A DNA stretch of 64,000 nucleotides, from assembly GCA_049520035.1 (NCBI GenBank), contig JBEKQE010000017.1, positions 3,289-67,288 of the forward strand. The letters are read 5' to 3'. Below are positions 56,315-64,000 of the stretch, piece by piece. Source of the DNA: Syntrophobacteraceae bacterium. Its GTDB lineage: Bacteria > Desulfobacterota > Syntrophobacteria > Syntrophobacterales > Syntrophobacteraceae. Below the pieces are notes generated by a model. That model was not told the DNA's origin and ran no database searches. It worked only from the letters and a program-made list of their open reading frames with translations. Position 1 is the first letter of the stretch. Every line of letters begins with the position of its first letter. Both the position numbers and the translations under genes were made by a program.

Positions 56315-57716
56315 GCGGTTGAACGAGCGACTGCGAGATGGGCCTCCAGTCGGGTGAGGCGTTAAGATCTATTCCCCTGTGTATTACCGAAACAGGCCGG
56401 TCGGCCGAAACGACGACTACGATCAGGTTCTCGTGTTCCGCAGTAAACCTGAGGGCCGAGTTGAACCGTGCTCCCCGCGCGCGGTTTTCGCCGACAATCG
56501 TCCTTCCGTCCAGCAGGCAGGCGAATCCATGCAGGCGCAGGTCTGCCCCGATATGGAGCGCCCCGTCGACCTTTGAGAGGGATTTTGCCAGATCGAGCAT
56601 CGTTTCGTTGGTTAGATCGACGGGAGATGCAAGCTGCTGGCCCGAGATGGAAATGGGGACGGGGTTAAGGTCGATTACCAGCGTGGCCCCGTGCCGCTGC
56701 TCGCCCGCCCTGTCCACGATGCCCGATGCGATATTGAAAAGAGCGTCACGTTTGGACTCGTCAAGAGCCGACTCCAGAAGGAGTTCTTCAAGATGCACCA
56801 GGTTGGGCTTGCGGTTGGATGAATGGAAGCTGCCGCCCGAAAAGCTGCAGACCAGGTTGCCCGAAAAACGCAAAAATCCGTGTCCGCCTCGGAAATCGGC
56901 GGTTATGCGGCAATCGGGCATAATTCCCTGCGCTACCCCAATTATCCTGAGTCCATCGGAGACAAGTCTTCTGTCCGAATTTTCAACCGCGAGGATAAGC
57001 TTGCGAACGTGCTTGTAGTTGGTCAGTCTGAGTTTTTCCGGGTGAGGGAACCTCACCAGGAAAGGCACTGCCCCAATCATGGCAGGATCGACGAATACCA
57101 GGGTCCCACGTGGCCAGGCGCCTTCCTCCCTGGTCTTGGAAATGCCCAGTACCGCGTCAAGAATAGGGTAGACTTCGATGCGGCTGTCCAGAGCGAACTT
57201 AACGTCAAGCCGGTCCCGGATGTAATCCCTGATCGCATGGGTGGCATATTCGCGGATAACGTAGGACGAGTTCCGCGTATAAAACCATTCCTCATTGGCC
57301 CAGTCATGCGCCAGGAGGCATGCTGCGTGCTCGAGCCACCTCTCGATGGGGCCGGTCGAGCACATGGTCGGGTGCTGTTCGGTAAACCACATCTGGTAGA
57401 ATACGGTCTTGGCCCTGCCGCCCCTGGATACGAGTCCTGCAAGGTCCGGCCCTTTTTGCGGCAGGATTTGCCCGAAAGGCTTCACCTGCGTCGTCTTGGT
57501 ATCATGCTCCCGCCACGCGCCGGACTTCAGGTAGATTTTCTCAATAAGCGGCTCCCAGCATTCCATTAGATCTTGAGGGTCGTAAAGGCGGAGCGGGTCG
57601 TCCGGCTTCTCGGCGTAAATCAGCGCAGCGCGGCTCGGACCGGAAAAGTGGGTCAAACCGTCGCAAAGCCCGTCATGAATGTGGAAAATGCTTTGGAATT
57701 GAGACGAAGGGTCCAT
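56244..57716 (-). CDS. Protein with a C-terminal DisA_N/DAC-like (diadenylate cyclase fold) domain and an unrecognised ~300-aa N-terminal region
   Basis: HGATLVI ... KVDGALHIGADLRLHGFACLL ... RARGARFNSALRF ... VVVVSADRPVSVI parallels the DAC landmarks GALIVI / HDGA / GTRHRAA / VSEETG, with RHR replaced by RFN. Confidence 0.6.
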   Translation of the reverse strand: MDPSSQFQSIFHIHDGLCDGLTHFSGPSRAALIYAEKPDDPLRLYDPQDLMECWEPLIEKIYLKSGAWREHDTKTTQVKPFGQILPQKGPDLAGLVSRGGRAKTVFYQMWFTEQHPTMCSTGPIERWLEHAACLLAHDWANEEWFYTRNSSYVIREYATHAIRDYIRDRLDVKFALDSRIEVYPILDAVLGISKTREEGAWPRGTLVFVDPAMIGAVPFLVRFPHPEKLRLTNYKHVRKLILAVENSDRRLVSDGLRIIGVAQGIMPDCRITADFRGGHGFLRFSGNLVCSFSGGSFHSSNRKPNLVHLEELLLESALDESKRDALFNIASGIVDRAGEQRHGATLVIDLNPVPISISGQQLASPVDLTNETMLDLAKSLSKVDGALHIGADLRLHGFACLLDGRTIVGENRARGARFNSALRFTAEHENLIVVVVSADRPVSVIHRGIDLNASPDWRPISQSLVQPPTLEEWLIGSAEPEIAPDVRKPA

Positions 57717-57789
57717 ATTTTTATAAAGAGCAAGCAGTTAGCGCCAATTAAGAAGTCATCTTGAATGCATAAGTACAATTTCCGGCATA

Positions 57790-59040
57790 TTATTTCAAGT
57801 CTAAATATATGTTGGACCCCGCTTCACTCCGTTGCCCGGTCCGTGGTTCACAACTGAAGGCGTCGATGCCGGTGATGTCACGCCCGATAGCCAGAATATG
57901 GATGTCCTCTGTGCCCTCGTAGGTATTTACGGTTTCGAGATTGAGCATGTGGCGGATCGGCGCATATCCGAGGCTGATCCCGTTTGCGCCCAGAATGTCT
58001 CTGGCGCTCCTTGCGATCTTCAGGGCTTCGGACGCATTGTTCATTTTGGCCATAGATATGTGCGTGTGGCGAGCGCGGCCTTCGTCCTTGAGTCTGCCCA
58101 GGCGAATGCACAAAAGCTGGGCTTTGGTAATCTCCGTCAACATCAGGGCGAGCTTACGCTGCACGAGTTGAAAGGATGCAATTGGGGCTTGAAACTGAAT
58201 TCTAGACTTTGCGTAGCCAAGGGCAGTCTCATAGCAGGCAATAGCGGCGCCGACGCAGCCCCAGGCTATGCCATAGCGAGCTTCGTTGAGGCACATCAGG
58301 GCTGATTTCAGACCCCGAGCGCCGGACAGAAGATTGTCCTGCGGGACAGCCACGTTATCGAAGTTGAGAACAGAGGTGACCGATGCGCGCAGTGAGAATT
58401 TGCGCTCTATTGGGCGTGCCGAAAAGCCCGGCATGCCCTTTTCGACCAGAAAGCCCCGGATTTCACCGTCCTCGGTTTTTGCCCACACTACCGCCACGTC
58501 GGCGATGGACCCGTTTGTTATCCACATTTTGCGGCCGTTAAGAACATAGCCCCCCCGGTTTCTTACAGCAGTGGTCCGCATGCTCTGTGGATCGGACCCT
58601 GCTTCGGGCTCCGTCAAGCCGAAGCAGCCGATTTCCTTGCCGCTCACCAGCTCCGGGAGCCACCGTTGCTTCTGCATATCGGTCCCAAACGTATGGATGG
58701 GGTAAATTACAAGGGCGTTTATGACGGAAACAAACGAACGCAGGCCGGAATCTCCCCGTTCCAGTTCCTGGCAAACGAGGCCGAAAGAGACGTTGCTTTT
58801 TCCACGCCCGCCGTATTCATTCAACTTGAACCCGAGCAGACCCATTTGCGCCATTTCGGGAATCAGTTCGACCGGAAAAACCCCTTGCTCGAAATAATCG
58901 GCCGCCTTGGGGAGGTATCGCCTGTCAACCCAGGTTCGCACTTCATCGCGGATTTGCTTTTCATCAGGTGAAAGAAGGTCTTCACAGAAGTAATAGTCGG
59001 TATGCGGCGAGTTCATAACGTCCTCAAATCGGTCTTTCAT
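57790..59040 (-). CDS. Acyl-CoA dehydrogenase, glutaryl-CoA dehydrogenase-like
   Basis: DYYFCEDLLSPDEKQIRDEVRTWVDRRYLP resembles the N-terminus of GcdH-type enzymes, and the core is ACAD-like (GLTEPEAGSDP, TYEGTEDIH). The start is set at the internal Met; 59016 is also possible. Confidence 0.8.
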   Translation of the reverse strand: MKDRFEDVMNSPHTDYYFCEDLLSPDEKQIRDEVRTWVDRRYLPKAADYFEQGVFPVELIPEMAQMGLLGFKLNEYGGRGKSNVSFGLVCQELERGDSGLRSFVSVINALVIYPIHTFGTDMQKQRWLPELVSGKEIGCFGLTEPEAGSDPQSMRTTAVRNRGGYVLNGRKMWITNGSIADVAVVWAKTEDGEIRGFLVEKGMPGFSARPIERKFSLRASVTSVLNFDNVAVPQDNLLSGARGLKSALMCLNEARYGIAWGCVGAAIACYETALGYAKSRIQFQAPIASFQLVQRKLALMLTEITKAQLLCIRLGRLKDEGRARHTHISMAKMNNASEALKIARSARDILGANGISLGYAPIRHMLNLETVNTYEGTEDIHILAIGRDITGIDAFSCEPRTGQRSEAGSNIYLDLK

Positions 59041-59377
59041 TCCCAATTGCACAATTCTGTGTCGTATCGGTGCGGCGTCCTCACCGTCAAGGCCTCCCGC
59101 GCCCGCCCAACGCGCATGATAGACCATCCCGCGGTCGGCCTTCGCGCTACGCGGCGGACCTTCCGCCTAACTTCGTATCCGGCTCTCTCGTATGATAGGC
59201 TTATATAGTACCCTGCCAAAAAAAATAACCACTCTGCGTCGTGCGAGCGCGTAGCGTGCAATCCGACCGCCGCCATTCTCGACGCTCCGCGAGACGGGGC
59301 GTTCGCGGGAGGCCTGGTGCTAACTTTCTCTATCCGAGATAAAATTCAACGCTGTTTCTCACCTTATTCAACAAAAG

Positions 59378-59412
59378 TACCATATTTAACTAAAATATAC
59401 CATATTTAGTTA
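59378..59412. promoter_or_regulatory. Operator/UAS-like dyad with a 20-nt spaced direct repeat
   Basis: TACCATATTTA occurs at 59378 and 59398. The inverted repeat is TTAACTAAA-ATATACCATAT-TTTAGTTAG. Confidence 0.4.
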
Positions 59413-59465
59413 GCTTTGGTCCCGGCAATTTTGCTATATACCCGCAATTAAAGCACAAAATGCCT

Positions 59466-59481
59466 TGGCATGAGTTTGGCT
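59466..59481 (+). promoter_or_regulatory. Candidate sigma54 (-24/-12) promoter TGGCATGAGTTTGGCT
   Basis: The GG and GC dinucleotides have the canonical spacing (consensus TGGCACG-N4-TTGCW). It lies about 425 nt upstream of hpnJ on the same strand. Confidence 0.4.
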
Positions 59482-59904
59482 CTATTTCAGGATGGAGGTC
59501 GTGTGCATCGGCCGCTCCTTAAGCCCCTTCCTGCCCCTCTAACTCACCGCCCTGCCAGTTGTCCTGTCGGCTTAAGAGCTAAGGCCGGTTCGCGCGGTCT
59601 CCAAACTTCGGGAGTTCAGGCGCTGGAGTCCGGTTGAGGACGGGGAAGAACGGCATGATCCGGCTCGAGATGATAAGCATTCGCGCGGCTGGGATTATGG
59701 AAGCCGGAAAGGTCTTCGAGATCTCCGGACATGGGAATGGCGCGCTCCTCTGTCGCAGAGTCTGATTGATATCATGGAGTATCGTCGCGGGTAAAGTCTT
59801 CTGTTCGACTTGACAATCATCCGCCGATTCGGTAAACGAAAGAAGCGACTTTATCAATAAGGGGCTGAATCATTAGGGTAATTTCTAGGCGGGGACACCG
59901 GCAG

Positions 59905-61347
59905 GTGAAAAAAACACTGTTTTTGAACCCTCCCTCCTTCGAGGGCTTCGATGGGGGAGCGGGTGCTCGTTATCCCGCCAGACGCGAGATAACTTCATTC
60001 TGGTACCCCACATGGCTGGCTCAACCGGCGGCAATGGTCCCCGGGAGCAAACTGCTGGATGCCCCGCCTCATGAGATCACCTTTCAGGATGTAACCCGAA
60101 TCGCGAGCGAGTACGAACTGGTGATCATGCCCGCGAGCGCGCCTTCGCTCCGAAACGACATCAAGTGCGTGGAGGCCATCAAGGCCCTGGACCCGAGAGT
60201 GAAAATCGGATTCGTCGGTCCGCACGTCACGGTGCTCCCGGAGGAAACACTCCATCTATCACCCGATCTTGATTTTGTCTGCCGAAATGAATTTGATTAT
60301 ACCTGCCTCGATCTTGCGCGGGGCAAGGTTTACGATCGGATAAAGGGCCTGAGCTACCGCGCGAATGACGGCGCCATCCGTCACACACCGGATCGCGAAC
60401 CACTCCAGGATCTCGATGGACTGCCAAGCGTTCTGCCGGTTTACAGGCGCGCTCTGAATATAGAGAAGTACTTCGTGGGCTATCTCTTGCATCCCTACAT
60501 CTCTTTCTATACGGGCCGAGGCTGCTCGGCAAGGTGCACATTCTGCCTTTGGCCTCAAACCATCGGTGGCCACAGTTACAGGACCAGGTCAGCGGAAGTG
60601 GTCGTCCGCGAGATCGAGGAGGGAAAAGACCTTTTCCCGCAGGCTTTGGAATGGTTCATCGACGACGATACTTTCACTCAGGATCGTGTCCGCGCAACCG
60701 CAATCGGCAAGGGCTTCAAGCGGCTGAATCTCACCTGGTCGTGCAATGCCAGAGTCAATATCGACTATGACACGTTAAAGCAACTCAAGGCGAACGGGCT
60801 GCGCCTGCTGGTGGTCGGCTTCGAGTCCGGCAACCAAACGATTCTCAATCGAATCAAAAAGGGCGCTACGCTCGAAATGGCCCGTGAGTTCATGAAGAAC
60901 TGCCGGCGCCTCGGTATCAAAGTGCACGGAACGTTCATACTGGGTCTGCCGATAGAGAGCCGGGAAACCATCGAAAATACCATCCGGTTCGCTCAGGAGC
61001 TCGACCCCTATACGATCCAGGTCTCGATAGCGGCGCCCTTTGCAGGGACCGAATTGTACCGGCAGGCGATTCAGAACGGCTGGCTCGAAAATGGTTATTT
61101 CTGCTACGATAGCGGAATTCAGACCGCCGCCCTTCGCTACCCCGGCCTTAGCTTCGACCAGATTGAAGAGGCTGTGGCGAAGATGTATCGGCGTTTCTAC
61201 TTTCGGATGAAGCCGCTCTTGCGCATGCTCCTCGAGATGTCGGCCGACCGAAGGGTGCTCATCCGCCGTTTGCGGGAGGGCAGGGAGTTCCTGCAGTATC
61301 TTCGGATGCGGAAGGAGAGCGGACGTAACCAATCGGCGCCGCATTGA
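59905..61347 (+). CDS. hpnJ: B12-binding radical SAM protein, HpnJ family (hopanoid-biosynthesis associated)
   Basis: GTG start. The N-terminus KKTLFLNPPSFEGFDGGAGARYPARREITSFWYPTWLAQPAAMVPGSKLLDAPP matches my recollection of HpnJ, and the radical SAM cluster motif is CSARCTFC. Confidence 0.75.
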   Translation: MKKTLFLNPPSFEGFDGGAGARYPARREITSFWYPTWLAQPAAMVPGSKLLDAPPHEITFQDVTRIASEYELVIMPASAPSLRNDIKCVEAIKALDPRVKIGFVGPHVTVLPEETLHLSPDLDFVCRNEFDYTCLDLARGKVYDRIKGLSYRANDGAIRHTPDREPLQDLDGLPSVLPVYRRALNIEKYFVGYLLHPYISFYTGRGCSARCTFCLWPQTIGGHSYRTRSAEVVVREIEEGKDLFPQALEWFIDDDTFTQDRVRATAIGKGFKRLNLTWSCNARVNIDYDTLKQLKANGLRLLVVGFESGNQTILNRIKKGATLEMAREFMKNCRRLGIKVHGTFILGLPIESRETIENTIRFAQELDPYTIQVSIAAPFAGTELYRQAIQNGWLENGYFCYDSGIQTAALRYPGLSFDQIEEAVAKMYRRFYFRMKPLLRMLLEMSADRRVLIRRLREGREFLQYLRMRKESGRNQSAPH

Positions 61348-62048
61348 CCATAATGGAAGATAAGTTCCGAAAATGCAGGGCTATTCTCCTCGATTTCGGC
61401 GGTACGCTGGACTCGGATGGAGAGCACTGGCTGGATCGTTTTTTCGAACTCTATCAACAGGCCGGCCTGGATTGTCCCCGAGACGAGATCGAGCGTGTTT
61501 TTTACCTTGCGGACCGAATCTGCTGCAAGAATCCCCTGGTGGATAGGCTGGGACTGAGAGAACTGATGAAATATCATGTCCGTCTGCAGTTTGAAGCCCT
61601 GAAGCTGCGGGACCGGACGAGAGAAGATAGTCTTGTGGAGGGGTTTTGTTCGAAGACTGAAAAGATCCTTCAGCGTAACTCCCTCTTGCTCGGCCGGCTG
61701 AAAAACCGCTACCGGCTGGGCGTGGTTTCCAATTTTTACGGAAATGTTGAGACCCTTTGTGACGAGGCCGGGTTGTCTGAGCATCTGGACGTGATCCTTG
61801 ATTCTACCCGCGTCGGTTTGAGCAAACCCGATCCGGAAATCTTTCTGCTTGCAGCAAAAAAAATGAACGTCGAGCCGGCCGAAATCATATTCGTCGGAGA
61901 TTCCCACGAACGGGACATTATGCCCGCCCGCGGCCTGGGGATGAAGACTGTCTGGTTAAAGGGCGCCAATATGCGGCTGCCCGAAAATCCCGGACCGGTC
62001 GATTGCCGGATCTCCAGCCTGCCCGAATTGGAGCTATTTCTTTCATGA
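61344..62048 (+). CDS. HAD-superfamily hydrolase
   Basis: The ILLDFGGTL (DxG variant of motif I), SN, and VGDSHERD motifs. It overlaps the hpnJ stop by 4 nt. Confidence 0.75.
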   Translation: MTIMEDKFRKCRAILLDFGGTLDSDGEHWLDRFFELYQQAGLDCPRDEIERVFYLADRICCKNPLVDRLGLRELMKYHVRLQFEALKLRDRTREDSLVEGFCSKTEKILQRNSLLLGRLKNRYRLGVVSNFYGNVETLCDEAGLSEHLDVILDSTRVGLSKPDPEIFLLAAKKMNVEPAEIIFVGDSHERDIMPARGLGMKTVWLKGANMRLPENPGPVDCRISSLPELELFLS

Positions 62049-62752
62049 AAGCTGGAATCATCGCAGCAGGTCTTGGAGAACGCATGGCGAAAGGAGGAAT
62101 CACAACTCCCAAGCCGCTGATCCCCGTTGCGGGCCACCCTCTCATTTCACGCGTAATACATACGGCCGCAAAACTGCGGGCAAGCTCCGTAGCATGTATC
62201 GTGAACGCGGAAAATCCCGCTGTCGTTCGCTACCTGGAGGAGAGTTCATGGCCTCTCCCGCTTGAAATTATCGTGAGGACGACGCCAAATTCTATGGAGA
62301 GCCTCTTTTCTCTGGCGCCCCTGCTCTCGGATGAGCCGTTTATCCTTTTTACAGTCGATGTGGTTACGGGTGACCAAACCGTGGAAAGGTTCCTCGATCG
62401 AGCGCGGGGTCTCGGGGATGGACAGGGGGCCCTCGCCCTTACCGATTTTATCGATGATGAAAAACCCCTTTGGGTTTCCGTGGACGGAGGGAGCAGGATA
62501 GTCGCCATCGGGGGAGCCGCCAGGGGAAGCCGTTATGTTACCGCAGGGTTCTACTACTTTTCTCCCGAAATTTTCGCCATGGTCGACGCGGCCCGGGCAA
62601 AACACCTCAGCGCTCTGCGGCAGTTTCTCGGGTTTCTCATCGACCACGGCTATCCGCTTCACGGCATTCCCGTATCGAAGACCCTGGATGTGGATTTTCC
62701 GGGGGACATCCGGAAGGCGGAGGCCCTGCTGATGGAGATAGGCGAGATATGA
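62045..62752 (+). CDS. Sugar-phosphate nucleotidyltransferase family protein
   Basis: The start is set at MKAGIIAAGLGERM (G-rich NTP loop). ATGA overlap with the HAD gene. Confidence 0.75.
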   Translation: MKAGIIAAGLGERMAKGGITTPKPLIPVAGHPLISRVIHTAAKLRASSVACIVNAENPAVVRYLEESSWPLPLEIIVRTTPNSMESLFSLAPLLSDEPFILFTVDVVTGDQTVERFLDRARGLGDGQGALALTDFIDDEKPLWVSVDGGSRIVAIGGAARGSRYVTAGFYYFSPEIFAMVDAARAKHLSALRQFLGFLIDHGYPLHGIPVSKTLDVDFPGDIRKAEALLMEIGEI

Positions 62753-63594
62753 GCCGTCCGGTATTGCTCGGTATCTACAGGGAACATGTCTACTCACCCG
62801 GCAAGGTCCAGGCCGATGCCGCCGTTCTCGACGCCGCGCTTTCAGCGTTGTCCGGCATTGGATTCAAGATCGAATCCTGCGGGGCTGAGTCTCTCGACAT
62901 CTCTGCGCCTCGGCCTGAGGTAGCATTGTCCATGGCGCAGTCGGATCGGGTATTGAGCATCATGGATCGGTGGAGCGGCAACGGAAGCAGGGTGGTCAAT
63001 TCCGCGCAATCGATTCGAAATTGTTATAGAAAGCCCTTAATGCGAAGGCTCTTTCAGGCCGGGGTTCCCGTGCCGCCAGGCTATCTGATCGAGCTTGACA
63101 ATGCGGGAGCGGATAAGTTGGGCGGATTTCCGAATCGTTTGTGGTTGAAGCGCGGGGACGTCCATGCCGTCCAGGAGGGAGACGTTGCCTCCGTGGCGTC
63201 GGCGGAATGTCTTTCTGCAGCGCTGAAACATTTCCGGAAGATCGGAGTTAGGGACCTGCTCGTTCAGGATCACATCGAAGGTCCCGTGGTCAAGTTTTAT
63301 GGCGTCGGCCAACAGCGCTTCTTCAGGGCCTACATGGAATCCTCCGGCGAAGAGGTCACATCGCGGATCGGCCCCCTAATGGCTGTTGCGGCGCGTGCGG
63401 CGGCAGTAATCGGCGTGGAGGTCTATGGAGGCGACGCGGTCTTGACGGAGGGTGACGGCGTCGTCCTGATCGATTTCAACGATTGGCCGAGCTTTTCGAG
63501 ATGCTCCCGGTCAGCGGGCCGCGCCATTGCCGAGTGCATCATTGACTCTCTGGACAGTCCCATTGCTATTGAGCCTCACTCCAGGGTCCTTTGA
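62749..63594 (+). CDS. ATP-grasp-like protein
   Basis: The start is set at MSRPVLLG (ATGA overlap). LWLKRGDVHA, LVQDHIEGPVVKFYGVG and GGDAVLTEGDGVVLIDFNDWPS resemble an ATP-grasp core. Confidence 0.6.
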   Translation: MSRPVLLGIYREHVYSPGKVQADAAVLDAALSALSGIGFKIESCGAESLDISAPRPEVALSMAQSDRVLSIMDRWSGNGSRVVNSAQSIRNCYRKPLMRRLFQAGVPVPPGYLIELDNAGADKLGGFPNRLWLKRGDVHAVQEGDVASVASAECLSAALKHFRKIGVRDLLVQDHIEGPVVKFYGVGQQRFFRAYMESSGEEVTSRIGPLMAVAARAAAVIGVEVYGGDAVLTEGDGVVLIDFNDWPSFSRCSRSAGRAIAECIIDSLDSPIAIEPHSRVL

Positions 63595-63742
63595 TTTTAT
63601 GCCGGTGGGAACTTGCGTTTTCCGCTCTCTGCCAGGTTGAGCCTTTACGAAGGTGGGGTGATATTGCTGCGGCTGTTCCAGACTACCCGTTCTGATATGT
63701 GGCTTAAACCCAAGCCCCAGAATATTAACGAAAGGTTTCCCA

Positions 63743-64000
63743 GTGCGCCGGATCTCGCTCGAACAAAACGCTGAAACGGTTTCATCACGGTTGTATGCTG
63801 AAGAACAACGCTATATCGCCCCGGGATTGCAGGAGGTTAGCCAGCTCTCGCGGCTGGTTGTAAAGGAGGCGAACGGCTGCCGCTTGACCGATATGGAGGG
63901 CAAACACTATCTGGATTTCATGGCGGGAGTCGCCGTCTGCAGTCTTGGTCATAAACATCCGCGGTATGTAGCCGCATTGAAGGAACAACTGGACAAAGTT
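63743..64000 (+). CDS. Class III (acetylornithine/ornithine-type) aminotransferase, N-terminal part (3' end outside window)
   Basis: The GCRLTDMEGKHYLDFMAGVAVCSLGHKHP pattern. The GTG start is tentative. Confidence 0.7.
   Translation, partial: MRRISLEQNAETVSSRLYAEEQRYIAPGLQEVSQLSRLVVKEANGCRLTDMEGKHYLDFMAGVAVCSLGHKHPRYVAALKEQLDKV

Overview
This is mostly core chromosome, GC-rich by eye. The gene content (nuo operon, sigma54 activator, glutaryl-CoA-type acyl-CoA dehydrogenases, carboxyltransferase, hpnJ) suggests an anaerobic deltaproteobacterium or Syntrophales-like organism, but that is inference only. Housekeeping blocks, in order:
- nuoH (3' end), nuoI, J, K, L, M and N
- malQ, an HD protein and dtd
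- an ALDH-like gene, a NifA-like sigma54 activator, cobO and a nitroreductase lipoprotein
- an aroF-tyrA operon
- mazG and cvpA
- phoH, a pgpH-like gene, ybeY, pdxJ and acpS
- an acyl-CoA dehydrogenase, a YkuD_2-type L,D-transpeptidase, glmS, dnaE and holC
- a carboxyltransferase, a Cache-HAMP adenylate cyclase and a glutaryl-CoA-dehydrogenase-like gene
- an hpnJ-led cluster (HAD, nucleotidyltransferase, ATP-grasp, class III aminotransferase)

Accessory patches:
1. 6.7-10.0 kb: an islet between nuoN and malQ holding hicBA, a RelE/HigB-XRE pair and a small serine recombinase.
2. 13.3-15.2 kb: an AT-richer two-gene module, an ABC/OLD-type AAA ATPase plus a small predicted PD-(D/E)xK protein. It lies beside a duplicated dtd 3' end and is my best candidate for an undescribed defence-like system.
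3. 20.5-27.1 kb: an AT-richer polysaccharide export and modification island next to a decayed IS4/IS1634-type transposase.

Features the ORF track misses:
- a 58-aa hicA
- a 55-aa CxxC zinc-ribbon ORF
- a 24-aa Tyr/Phe-rich leader peptide plus intrinsic terminator upstream of aroF-tyrA, a candidate ribosome-mediated attenuator

The intergenic space carries an unusual family of 7-9-nt periodic purine/pyrimidine dyad elements, including a 10-unit 16-bp tandem array. Several short dispersed motifs also occur, and some sit inside a decayed pfkB kinase gene.

All functional calls come from motif recognition by eye. No searches, folding or statistics were run.
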